Source: an uncultured Ignisphaera sp. (GTDB lineage Archaea; Thermoproteota; Thermoprotei_A; Sulfolobales; Ignisphaeraceae). From it: a stretch of DNA of 24,000 nt. Positions 14,109 to 22,669 of the stretch are shown piece after piece (within the stretch, counting starts at the first letter, position 1; every line of letters starts with the position of its first letter). The stretch is taken from the NCBI GenBank assembly GCA_964568685.1, contig CAZMQK010000002.1, forward strand, positions 16,554 through 40,553, written 5' to 3'. Below the pieces are notes generated by a model that did not search any database, had not been told where the DNA came from, and saw only the letters and a program-made list of their open reading frames with translations. Made by a program: the position numbers and the translations under genes.

Positions 14109-14152
14109 CCATAGTGTAAGTAAAGCAACTATGTTGCCACAGACCACTATGG
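14109..14152. repeat. Nested inverted repeats directly downstream of the RHH gene (candidate terminator, operator or small structured RNA)
   Basis: The outer perfect 8-bp arms are CCATAGTG (14109-14116) and CACTATGG (14145-14152). They enclose an inner hairpin GCAAC-TAT-GTTGC (14125-14137). A T6 run precedes it at 14103-14108. Confidence 0.45.
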
Positions 14153-14208
14153 CACTTGTAATAAAAAAACTTTCTTGGCTTTAACAATGTGCCAATAAAA
14201 CGCCTAGG

Positions 14209-14223
14209 CATTAAAATATTAAG
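14209..14223 (+). promoter_or_regulatory. TATA-like element upstream of the sRNA and trmI
   Basis: The centre of CATTAAAATATTAAG is about 27 nt upstream of about 14242, which is 8 nt before the C box at 14250. I see no other TATA-like element between it and the trmI ATG at 14285. Confidence 0.45.
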
Positions 14224-14242
14224 TCGCGGTAAAGTATTTTAG

Positions 14243-14304
14243 TTAGGTGATGATGAGGGCTGGTATTATAGAATGTGGTGATATATGACATCAGTTCTGA
14301 ACCA
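14243..14304 (+). ncRNA. C/D box sRNA overlapping the trmI start codon
   Basis: ATGATGA(C, 14250-14256)-GGGCTGGTATTA(12)-TAGA(D'-like, 14269-14272)-ATGTG-GTGATAT(C'-like, 14278-14284)-ATGACATCAGTT(12)-CTGA(D, 14297-14300). The D' guide is a 12/12 complement of UAAUACCAGCCC in the crenarchaeal 16S 530-loop region (GCGGUAAUACCAGCCCCGCG), recalled from memory. Confidence 0.65.
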
Positions 14305-15088
14305 CAGTAATACAATAGAATATGGTAAGGAGGTTTTAATTTACTTTGATAATAGGAGAAGGTTTTTAGTCAAATTAGAGCAGGGTAAGAAATTTTCATC
14401 GGATAAGGGGGTCATACTTATTGATGATGTTATTAAGAGGGGTGTGGGAAACCAAGTAGTAACTACGCTAAATGCTAGGGCATGGATTTTGCATCCCTTA
14501 CTCATAGATTATTTGGAAAAGGGGGTCAAAAGAGTTACACAAGTAATTTACCCTAAGGATCTGGGGTTCATAGTATTAATGCTTGGAATAGGATCTGGGT
14601 GTAGGGTTTTAGAAGCAGGGGTAGGCTCTGGCAATACCACAATGGTTTTAGCCCACTTCGTTAAGCCCCAAGGGCATGTATTTGGCTATGAGAATAGAAA
14701 GGAGTTCATAGAAATTGCTAAAAGTAATCTAGCGAGAGTGGGGCTAGATAAGTACGTAACTATAAAGTATGGTGATATTAAGAAAGGCGTTGACGAGAGA
14801 GAGCTTGATGCTGCAATTATTGACATGCCCGATCCCTGGGAAGCATTGGAAACTCTATATTCAGCACTAAAGCCATCAGCCCCTGTAGCATTTTTTATTC
14901 CATCCATGCAGCAGTTGATAAAACTCTTCGAAGCTGTTGATGAGCATAAGGGGTTTATGGATGTGAGAGCCTATGAGGTGCTTCTTAGGGAGATAGAGTT
15001 GTCAAGAAGGGCTATTAGACCATCAACTCATATGGTAGGGCACACAGGGTTCATACTCTTTGCCAGAAAAGTAATTAAGAGTAGTTAA
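14285..15088 (+). CDS. trmI: tRNA (adenine-N1)-methyltransferase, TrmI/Gcd14 family
   Basis: TQVIYPKD, the SAM motif VLEAGVGSGNTTMVLA, and DAAIIDMPDPWEAL (the D.pdPW motif) are characteristic of TrmI/Gcd14 m1A methyltransferases. Confidence 0.8.
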   Translation: MTSVLNHSNTIEYGKEVLIYFDNRRRFLVKLEQGKKFSSDKGVILIDDVIKRGVGNQVVTTLNARAWILHPLLIDYLEKGVKRVTQVIYPKDLGFIVLMLGIGSGCRVLEAGVGSGNTTMVLAHFVKPQGHVFGYENRKEFIEIAKSNLARVGLDKYVTIKYGDIKKGVDERELDAAIIDMPDPWEALETLYSALKPSAPVAFFIPSMQQLIKLFEAVDEHKGFMDVRAYEVLLREIELSRRAIRPSTHMVGHTGFILFARKVIKSS

Positions 15089-15114
15089 TAGCTTTCTATC
15101 TCGTGTGAAGAGTT

Positions 15115-16590
15115 ATGAGCGTGCAGAGGCCTCAGAAGTATGGTGAAAGCTTTAGTGAATGGTTTAGCTGGATTATTTCGGAGGCCGAGATATACGACTA
15201 TGGGAGATATCCTATTAAGGGAATGGGTGTATGGCTTCCATACGGTTTTCAAATCAGAAAAAGAGTTATTGAATTAATAAGGGCACTCTTAGATGAGACT
15301 GGGCACGAGGAAATACTGCTACCGTTGCTAATACCTGAAACCTTATTTGCAAAGGAGAGTGAGCATGTAAGAGGTTTTGAAGGAGAGGTATTTTGGATAA
15401 CTAGGGCAGGTTTAGATGAGCTGGATATAAAGTTAGCACTAAGACCTACGAGCGAAACAACAATTAGCTATATGGAGAGTTTGTGGATTAAAAGCTACAA
15501 ACAGCTCCCTAAAAAATACTATCAAATTGTTAGCATATTTAGATATGAAACCAAGATGACAAAGCCCATGATCAGAGTAAGGGAGGTTACAACATTTAAA
15601 GAAGCTCATACAGTTCACGAGGATTTTGAGAGCAGTGAGGAACAGATAAAAGAGGCTGTTAACATCTATGAAAAATTCTTTGACTTATTGGGAGTACCTT
15701 ATATAATATCGAGAAGACCACAGTGGGACAAATTTGCAGGTGCTCTATATACAATAGCATTTGACACAATATTCCCAGATAGGAAAGCTGTTCAAATAGG
15801 AACTGTGCACAATCTTGGTCAGACCTTTACAAGAGTATTTGACATTAAGATTCAGAAAAAAGATGAATCAATTGACTATGCATGGCAAACAAGTTACGGA
15901 ATTTCCGAAAGGGTCGTGGCCTCCATTATTGCTTTCCATAGCGATGAAAGGGGCCTTATTTTACCACCTCTTGTTGCACCTTACCAGGTTGTCGTAGTGC
16001 CAATATATCAAGAGAGTACAAAAGATGTTGTAATTAAGTATAGTAGTGATATAGCGAAAGTTTTGCGTGAAAATGGTATAAGGGTGTATTTAGATCTAAG
16101 AGATGAGATGAGGCCTGCTGAAAAGTTTTTCGAGTGGGAATTGAAAGGTGCTCCACTAAGAATTGAAGTTGGAATGCGCGAGTATTCAAGCAATGTAATA
16201 ACAGTGTTTAGGCGCGATATAGCCAAGAGAGAGACCGTGCCTTTGCAACAATTAGTTGAAAAAATTCGCACTATGCTTGATGAAGTAGCTCAGAATCTTG
16301 CAAAAAGAGCATGGAAAGAGTTCACTTCAAACATTAGGTTATCCCAGGGTGTAGAGGAGACAGTAAAGGTACTGAGAGAGTTAGGGGGGCTTGTTTTAAT
16401 GCCTTGGTGTGGGGATGAGAGGTGTATTTACGATAAGCTACAAGGCTTTGAAGGGGTTGACGTAATAGGCGAGGTTATGGAGGATTCGCTGAAGAGGCTT
16501 AATATCGACTTAGATATGCTTAGAGAGGCGAAGTGTGGTTTTTGCGGTAAACAAGCAAGGGCTGTAGTAGCTATGGCCAAAAAGTACTAA
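15115..16590 (+). CDS. proS: Prolyl-tRNA synthetase, archaeal/eukaryal type
   Basis: [24 protein letters not shown], the class II motifs (FRYE..., GTVHNLGQ), an anticodon-binding domain and a Cys-containing C-terminal domain ending in Tyr (...AKKY). Confidence 0.95.
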   Translation: MSVQRPQKYGESFSEWFSWIISEAEIYDYGRYPIKGMGVWLPYGFQIRKRVIELIRALLDETGHEEILLPLLIPETLFAKESEHVRGFEGEVFWITRAGLDELDIKLALRPTSETTISYMESLWIKSYKQLPKKYYQIVSIFRYETKMTKPMIRVREVTTFKEAHTVHEDFESSEEQIKEAVNIYEKFFDLLGVPYIISRRPQWDKFAGALYTIAFDTIFPDRKAVQIGTVHNLGQTFTRVFDIKIQKKDESIDYAWQTSYGISERVVASIIAFHSDERGLILPPLVAPYQVVVVPIYQESTKDVVIKYSSDIAKVLRENGIRVYLDLRDEMRPAEKFFEWELKGAPLRIEVGMREYSSNVITVFRRDIAKRETVPLQQLVEKIRTMLDEVAQNLAKRAWKEFTSNIRLSQGVEETVKVLRELGGLVLMPWCGDERCIYDKLQGFEGVDVIGEVMEDSLKRLNIDLDMLREAKCGFCGKQARAVVAMAKKY

Positions 16591-16721
16591 GTTCAAAGAG
16601 CAATACAAATTCCACAAATTTTCATTGTAGCAATGTTCTTGCCTTAATTACTGCTTTTAAACTAGTAGCACAAAACTATACTATTACGAGAGAGCTTTTG
16701 TATCCACATTGGTGTTTTTGA

Positions 16722-17006
16722 ATGCCCAAGAAGAGAGAGAATAGGGGAAGGAGAAAAGGAGATAAGGGATCTGTGGCAAGAGTGCATTGCGATAATTGTG
16801 GAGCCCTTATACCCGAAGATAAAGCAGTTTGTGTAACCCGAATGTACTCTCCTGTAGATCCTCAGCTGGCCTCTGAATTAGAGAAGAAGGGCGCTATAAT
16901 TATGAGATATCCTGTGACAAAGTGCTACTGTATTAATTGCGCAATATTCTATGGCATTATAAAAGTTAGAGCTGAAGAAGAGAGAAAGAAAGTCACAAGG
17001 CTATGA
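16722..17006 (+). CDS. rps26e: Ribosomal protein eS26 (S26e)
   Basis: MPKKRENRGRRKGDKGSVARVHCDNCGALIPEDKAV...CINCAI carries the S26e N-terminal signature and a zinc-ribbon-like Cys pattern. Confidence 0.9.
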   Translation: MPKKRENRGRRKGDKGSVARVHCDNCGALIPEDKAVCVTRMYSPVDPQLASELEKKGAIIMRYPVTKCYCINCAIFYGIIKVRAEEERKKVTRL

Positions 17007-17708
17007 CATCCTCAACTCTTTGAGTATGTAGTAAAGCCTTTGAACAACTGTTACAACCCCCAGCATCACCAGGGCTAGCACTATCATATCTGCAACACTA
17101 GCTCCATAACCACCATTGATAACTATCACCAGGGCCGCTATGAATATTAGTATAACTCTTTCTCCACGCTCTAATATACCCACCCCCTCAACTCTAATAC
17201 CCCTTTCTTCGCCCAAGGCCCTTAAATAACTTATTAAAAAGGATACAAGTATAGCTAGATAGCCTAAGTATGAGTTTACACCTAGTAGTGTTAATGAGAA
17301 CAAGTAGTTGAATTCCTCAATTCTATCACAAAAAGAATCTAGTACACCACCCCACGCGGTAACTCTATTTTTAACTCTCGCAATAGCTCCATCAAGAACG
17401 TCTGCAATGCCTGAAAGTGCAATTAGAAATGGCACTGCACCAACACATTTCCTGGTCGCTGACAGTAGCACTGCAAAAAACGAGAGTATTAACCCTATCA
17501 CTGTAATAATATTTGGATTGAGGTCTATGTTTTGTGATAATAAATTGATGTACTTTGCAATAAAAGGTCTTAACTTATTTAACATAGAGCTCTCGCTCAA
17601 ACTCATCAAATCTTTTAGCTTACTGTAACTCAATGTGGGGTCTAGATGCAGGCTTATAAATTTATAGCTGTACTGATGTCCTATCGACAACCATGAGTGA
17701 GCAATCAT
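17001..17708 (-). CDS. CDP-alcohol phosphatidyltransferase family protein (archaeal polar-lipid head-group synthase)
   Basis: DVLDGAIARVKNRVTAWGGVLDSFCDRIEE fits D-x2-D-G-x2-A-R-x8-G-x3-D-x3-D, and the protein is multi-pass membrane. The true start is probably internal (M35 at 17606 or M42 at 17585), because the first ~40 residues are not hydrophobic or family-like. Confidence 0.85.
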   Translation of the reverse strand: MIAHSWLSIGHQYSYKFISLHLDPTLSYSKLKDLMSLSESSMLNKLRPFIAKYINLLSQNIDLNPNIITVIGLILSFFAVLLSATRKCVGAVPFLIALSGIADVLDGAIARVKNRVTAWGGVLDSFCDRIEEFNYLFSLTLLGVNSYLGYLAILVSFLISYLRALGEERGIRVEGVGILERGERVILIFIAALVIVINGGYGASVADMIVLALVMLGVVTVVQRLYYILKELRMS

Positions 17709-18101
17709 CTAAGACCTTAAACACGTTCACAATTGCACTAGAAGTTATTAAAGCTTAGTGCTTGACACTTTATCCCTCCACCTCAGTCTCAAAGAGCTAC
17801 AACATATTCCAAAGGATTTATTCACCTAAAGGCACAAAGTAGTATAAGAAGGGGTGAGGATCACCACCAAGATGTACTAAGGGTCTTGAACCTTTCTCTT
17901 CATTCCCGTTATAAGGAGCTGTGCTCTAAATTGCAATGTAAAAGTATATTAACTTGAATTTTAAAGTAAACACTAGATGAAGAGGAATCCGGGAACTGAA
18001 AAGGTGATGTGAGGTCTGCATAAGTTTTGGGCTGATGGGGGATTAAAATAGGTATTTCAAGCCAGAGTAAGAAAATCATTATCTCTATATATAATCCTAG
18101 G

Positions 18102-18701
18102 TTGCTTTACAGAGTTATTGAAACGCTAAGGCTATTTGATGTTGCTTATCAGGGGGTTGATCATAGTGCGAAGTCTCGTTTAACAGGTGTTGTCATAGCT
18201 GATAGAGAGGGGCTAGAATACGTCCACTCTGTTTCTGATTTAAACAACGCTAGGATTGTGAATATCGATGCTAATAATGTGGAGGGTGCCGTAGTAAAGG
18301 CAGTAGTTATGTCAAAGCTAGAAAGCAATAAGGTATACGCACTTGTTGCAGGCATTGACTATGGTAAGTCAATAGGTGTTGCAATAGTGGTAGACTCAGT
18401 AGTGATTTACATGAATAGGCATAGGAGTGAAAGAGAGGTCATTAAAATAGTTAAACTATTCTTTAACAATGTTGAAGCAGTAAAAAAGCTTGTTAGAATA
18501 GGGATACCCACACCCATGATTCACAAAAGCTTTGAGTTATTTGTAGACATGCTAAACAAAGAGCTTCCACAAGGGGTTGTAGTAGAGCTTGTATCTGAGC
18601 ACAGCACCTCTAAGTCCATTGCATACGAAGAAATGCGCCTAGATGAGGACTCTTTCGCTGCACTAAATATCGCAATGAAATCTCATAAGGCTTATGAATA
18701 G
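18102..18701 (+). CDS. Hypothetical protein with a C-terminal RuvX/YqgF-like RNase H-fold nuclease domain
   Basis: The blocks run in YqgF order. LVAGIDYGKSIGVAIV compares with AFDFGTKSIGVAV, LVRIGIPTP with IIVGLPLN, ELVSEHSTSKSIA with LHDERLSTVEA, and DEDSFAALNIA with VDSASAVIILE. The ~75 N-terminal residues are unassigned. The TTG start lies only ~10 nt from a TATATATAAT element, so the start is uncertain. Confidence 0.5.
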   Translation: MLYRVIETLRLFDVAYQGVDHSAKSRLTGVVIADREGLEYVHSVSDLNNARIVNIDANNVEGAVVKAVVMSKLESNKVYALVAGIDYGKSIGVAIVVDSVVIYMNRHRSEREVIKIVKLFFNNVEAVKKLVRIGIPTPMIHKSFELFVDMLNKELPQGVVVELVSEHSTSKSIAYEEMRLDEDSFAALNIAMKSHKAYE

Positions 18702-18740
18702 GTGTTGCGAGTTCTATATTGTTAAGGAAGTGACTGCTAC

Positions 18741-20045
18741 ATGACTATGCAGCACCAGCAAGTAGCAAATATGATTCGTACAAAAATCTCTATAGACGGG
18801 GGAAGACTGCTAAGAGTGGTGGGGCCAATAAAAATCCATGTTGATTATGGGCGCGTTAGGGTGCTAGGAATAGACTTAGAAACCGGTAGAGAGATTTGGG
18901 TTAGCAGGTACCGAAGCTATGCGTTAAAGGTATTGGAGCCGAGTACGATTAGTGTTGTCGTTGGTGAGGGAGGTGGTATTGAAGAGCCATTACCAGGCGA
19001 GGAACCGATAGATTCATGGGAATCGATAGGTCGAGAAATAGTTGAGAGAGGGGGCAGAGTGGTTATTCTGGGCCATGTCGAGAGTTGCAAAACAACATTT
19101 GCAACTCTACTATCTAACCTTGCTATTGAAAAGGGGGTCAAAGCATCCCTAGTTGATGCTGATGTAGGTCAGTGCGACTTAGCCCCCCCAGGTTTTATAG
19201 CTATGAAGATTATGGATAGAAAGGTGTTGTGGCTAAGGGAAGTTGCAGGTGACATTATGCGCTTCATAGGGTTTTTATCGCCATCACAAGGCATTGCAAT
19301 ATCAAAATTACTTTCATCAATATTAGAGCTCGTGAAACTTGCTGAAGAGAAAAAATCGCAGGTAATAATTGTAAATACAGATGGCTGGTTTGGAGACTTT
19401 ACTGCCATACAATACAAATTACAATTGATAAAGAACTTAAAGCCAGACAGCATTGTGCTAATGGGTAGCGAATCCTGCAACTATCTTATCGACATCTTAA
19501 ATAAGTTCTCGAGTTCTAAGACCTACTGCGTTCCCACGCCGAGGATAGTGAGAAAGAGGGATAGAGATGACAGAAGGCATCTTAGGAAGGTAAATTACAT
19601 GAATTACTTTCAGAAGGCCAAGCGAAGATGCTTTAAATTAAGTGAAGTGGCATTGCTGAACTCCTGCCTCTTTAATGGAGCACAAGATCAGCAATTGCAA
19701 GAGAAAATGCAAAAAGAGCTTGGTGTGCCAATACTCATGCTAAGTAGATATAATGATGCTATAGTCATTGCTGTTTCTGACGATATAAAGATTGAAAGAA
19801 TTGGCCTAGGTCATGATAATGTCTATGTAGTTAGACCTATAAATGCTAGGGGTGTTCTCGTAGCGCTTCTCAATAGCTCATTTGAGGAGGTCGGAATAGG
19901 CGTTATCCAGAGCTTGGATTTTGCAGAGCAGAAAATATGTATCTTAACTGAATATGAGGGTGAGGTTAGGGGTTTAGATATAGGTAGGATTGTTATAGGA
20001 GAGGATTGGATAGATAGAGGGATAGCGGGTAAGTGCATTCTGTAA
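18741..20045 (+). CDS. Clp1/Grc3-like polynucleotide 5'-hydroxyl kinase
   Basis: An N-terminal beta-rich domain is followed by the P-loop VVILGHVESCKTTFATLLSNLA and then LVDADVGQCDLAPPGFIA (compare fvDlDvGQ....PG.is). Next come VIIVNTDGWFGD (Walker B/clasp, compare NT.GW) and a C-terminal domain. This is the overall Clp1 architecture. Confidence 0.75.
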   Translation: MTMQHQQVANMIRTKISIDGGRLLRVVGPIKIHVDYGRVRVLGIDLETGREIWVSRYRSYALKVLEPSTISVVVGEGGGIEEPLPGEEPIDSWESIGREIVERGGRVVILGHVESCKTTFATLLSNLAIEKGVKASLVDADVGQCDLAPPGFIAMKIMDRKVLWLREVAGDIMRFIGFLSPSQGIAISKLLSSILELVKLAEEKKSQVIIVNTDGWFGDFTAIQYKLQLIKNLKPDSIVLMGSESCNYLIDILNKFSSSKTYCVPTPRIVRKRDRDDRRHLRKVNYMNYFQKAKRRCFKLSEVALLNSCLFNGAQDQQLQEKMQKELGVPILMLSRYNDAIVIAVSDDIKIERIGLGHDNVYVVRPINARGVLVALLNSSFEEVGIGVIQSLDFAEQKICILTEYEGEVRGLDIGRIVIGEDWIDRGIAGKCIL

Positions 20046-20084
20046 AATTAGCAATTTTAGAGACGCACAAGCTTTGCATTTGCT

Positions 20085-20116
20085 ACATAAATAAAGCAGA
20101 GCAGTTTCATTTATGT
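20085..20116. terminator. AT-rich hairpin downstream of the kinase gene
   Basis: ACATAAAT (20085-20092) and ATTTATGT (20109-20116) form perfect 8-bp arms around a 16-nt loop region, with an extra AAA/TTT pairing inside. It lies 40 nt after the stop codon. Confidence 0.35.
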
Positions 20117-20194
20117 GACAGAGGTAAAATATAACGTTAAATTTTCTAATTATCTAACTATTAATACCGAACAGTAAGTGTATGGGCAGGTGCT

Positions 20195-21490
20195 TTGTTT
20201 GTGTCATTGAAAGAGTTTGTATCTTCCCTTAATAGGAAAGAGGTAGAAGATTACTCAAACTACGAGTTAGACCCAGTATTAGAACCTACGCGAATGCTTT
20301 ACTTAGCAGATAGAAATGAGAAGGTGGTGCTATTTAGGGTTAGGGGTGCTCAGCAGTTTTTATGCGTTGGCAATGTGCTAAATAGTAGGAGGAGGCTTTA
20401 TGAGAAATTACTAAATGTGAGAAGCGATGAAGAGGCCTACAAGAGGCTTTTAGAAGCTGTAGCTAAGCCAATTAAGCCAAGAGAGGTAGATTTCTCTACT
20501 AACTTTAAGTCTGTTAGAGATTTTGATTTGAATAGCGTACCCTTCATAAAGTTTTATGGTAACGATGGTGGCAGATACTTAACATCATCGATATTTATTG
20601 CGTGTTTAGATAGTGTATGCAATGCGTCTATACATAGGACAATGCTCATATCCAAAGACACTGTTGTAGCTAGAATTGTTCCCAGACATCTGAGGTACAT
20701 ATACGATGAGTATAGGAGGAGAGGCTCTGATACACCAGTGGCTATAGTTGTAGGGGTGCACCCTGCTGTTGAACTTATGGCTGCCATGTCGCCCCCCTTT
20801 GGCGTATTCGAATTGAATTTGGTGCCAAACATATTAGGCACCTTTGCAATCACCTACACACCTAAGTACGGTATACCTGTACCCGCTATAGCTTCTGTAA
20901 TCCTTGAGGGGAGGATATCTTCATCACAGTTTATTGAAGAGGGCCCCTTTTTAGATCTGCTAAATCTCTATGACGGTGTTAGAAAAGAGCCCTTAATAAA
21001 AATAGAGGCTGTATATGTAAATCCAGAGGAGTATTTCTACGTGATACTGCCAGCAGGCAAAGAGCACAAGCTATTGCAGAGCTTTTATAGAGAGGCCTTA
21101 GTGTGGCAGTATGTTAGTAATGTTGTCCCTAAGGTTCATAAAGTAAGAATGCTGGAGCCCGCAGGTTCTTGGCTCGCTGTAGCAGTTTCAATAACAAAGA
21201 ATGTGGATGGTGATGCAAAAAATGCTATCCTAGCAGCGTTCTCAGCTCATCCAAGTGCTAAGATAGTGCTAGTACTAGATGAAGATGTGGATCTGGACTC
21301 CCTAGACAATATTCTCTGGGCTTTTGCAACAAGATTCAGGGGTAAGGAAGGTGTTGTTATTATCGAGAAGAGCAGGTGCTCGACTCTAGATCCTATGTCT
21401 CCTACAGGGGTTTGTGATAAAATTGGAATTGATCTTACAGTGCCCATTTCCATGGATAGGGAGTCTTTTAAATACGTTAGAGTTCAGTGA
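20195..21490 (+). CDS. UbiD-family (prFMN-dependent) decarboxylase; by context likely trans-anhydromevalonate 5-phosphate decarboxylase
   Basis: LKEFVSSL...ELDPVLE at the N-terminus, GNDGGRYLTSSIF...NASIHRTML and the 431-aa length fit UbiD. It lies immediately upstream of both aconitase-X subunit genes. Confidence 0.8.
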   Translation: MFVSLKEFVSSLNRKEVEDYSNYELDPVLEPTRMLYLADRNEKVVLFRVRGAQQFLCVGNVLNSRRRLYEKLLNVRSDEEAYKRLLEAVAKPIKPREVDFSTNFKSVRDFDLNSVPFIKFYGNDGGRYLTSSIFIACLDSVCNASIHRTMLISKDTVVARIVPRHLRYIYDEYRRRGSDTPVAIVVGVHPAVELMAAMSPPFGVFELNLVPNILGTFAITYTPKYGIPVPAIASVILEGRISSSQFIEEGPFLDLLNLYDGVRKEPLIKIEAVYVNPEEYFYVILPAGKEHKLLQSFYREALVWQYVSNVVPKVHKVRMLEPAGSWLAVAVSITKNVDGDAKNAILAAFSAHPSAKIVLVLDEDVDLDSLDNILWAFATRFRGKEGVVIIEKSRCSTLDPMSPTGVCDKIGIDLTVPISMDRESFKYVRVQ

Positions 21491-21496
21491 AAGCTC

Positions 21497-22669
21497 ATGC
21501 ATCTTTCAAGAATTGAAGAAAGGATGCTCAGTGGTGAGTATGGAGAGGTTGTGGAAAAAGCAATTAGAGTAGTAGTTAAAGTTGGTGAGGCACTTGGAGC
21601 AGAAAGGCTTGTGGAAATAAGCCATGCCCATGTCTCAGGGATTTCATACTTTAACATAGGCGATGAGGGTCTTGAGCTACTGGAGGATCTCAGCAACAAA
21701 GGTGCAAAGGTTGGTGTATACACAACAGCAAATCCATACTCATTTGCAGGTCTGGCGCTATACAAAGATAAAGAGTTGGTTGAGAAACAGGTGAGGATAA
21801 TAGGGAGTTTATTGAAGATGGGTGTAGACCCAAATAGCTTTACATGTACTCCCTACAAGCTTAGAAAGCCTCTTATAGGAGAGCACCTTGCATGGGCGGA
21901 GTCCAGTGCAGTAATCTATGCAAACAGTGTACTTGGGGCTAGGACAAATAGGGAAGGAGGACTAGTAGCCTTAATGTCAGCACTAATTGGAAGAACATAT
22001 TATGCAGGTATGCATAGTATGGAAAATAGAAAAGCTAGTGAGGTAATAGTAGCACTATTTGACGTAGATTCTATTCTTATTGCAAGTCTTCTTGGACTTT
22101 ACATAGGCGGGGTTTCGCACAGAATTCCCTATATTAGGGCGAGGTATAGTGCTGAAAATGAGTTGTTGCTCGACATAATGTTGCGAAGCATGCTAGCATC
22201 AATAGCTACGACCTCTGACTTACCCATGGCTGTATTGGAGAGTGTGACTCCACAGCATACATATATAATAGAAAAGGGTGAAACGATATCTGTTGACATC
22301 AGAGAGCTTGAAAATATGGACATGAAATGCTATAGCGATACCCTGCTCTTAGGCTGTCCACACATAACATTACATGAGCTTGAAGCACTGTTAAGGGATA
22401 GGCATTTAGATCTGCTACAAAAATATGGTATATCCAAAGCCATTGTAACAGTACCTAAATACGATGAAAAACACTATGATGTGGTTAGTAGGCTTATACA
22501 GAAAGCTAGGGAGAGGTATTCGATAGAAGTTCAAATCCTACCAGGTGCCTGTGCTGTGGTATCAAATCTAAAACTACTTGGCTTTACAACTATAGCTACA
22601 CCACATGGAAAAGCCCTGCACTACCTTCAAAACTTAGCGGGTGTAAAGCCTTGCACAATTCGTGTATAA
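21497..22669 (+). CDS. Aconitase X catalytic (DUF521) subunit; by context the phosphomevalonate dehydratase large subunit
   Basis: MHLSRIEERMLSGEYGEVVEKAIRVVVKVGEALGAERLVEISHAHVSG is the characteristic DUF521/AcnX N-terminus. It is 390 aa long and is followed by a DUF126 gene. Confidence 0.85.
   Translation: MHLSRIEERMLSGEYGEVVEKAIRVVVKVGEALGAERLVEISHAHVSGISYFNIGDEGLELLEDLSNKGAKVGVYTTANPYSFAGLALYKDKELVEKQVRIIGSLLKMGVDPNSFTCTPYKLRKPLIGEHLAWAESSAVIYANSVLGARTNREGGLVALMSALIGRTYYAGMHSMENRKASEVIVALFDVDSILIASLLGLYIGGVSHRIPYIRARYSAENELLLDIMLRSMLASIATTSDLPMAVLESVTPQHTYIIEKGETISVDIRELENMDMKCYSDTLLLGCPHITLHELEALLRDRHLDLLQKYGISKAIVTVPKYDEKHYDVVSRLIQKARERYSIEVQILPGACAVVSNLKLLGFTTIATPHGKALHYLQNLAGVKPCTIRV

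Noticed and set aside
13441-14211. 132-aa plus-strand ORF (13441-13839) and 125-aa minus-strand ORF (13834-14211)
   Set aside because: They are antisense to the clearly recognisable eS25 and RHH genes respectively. Neither has motifs, and their composition is hydrophobic, Ser/Phe/Leu-rich shadow sequence.
17977-18035. C/D-box-like arrangement ATGAAGA-12 nt-CTGA-AAAG-GTGATGT...CTGA, with a TATA-like element ~27 nt upstream
   Set aside because: The C box is degenerate. The C'-to-D spacer is 21 nt, with AGTT where D should be at 12 nt. The D' guide GGAAUCCGGGAA resembles the sense strand of an rRNA segment rather than its complement. This is too weak to call, although small-RNA-seq could revive it.
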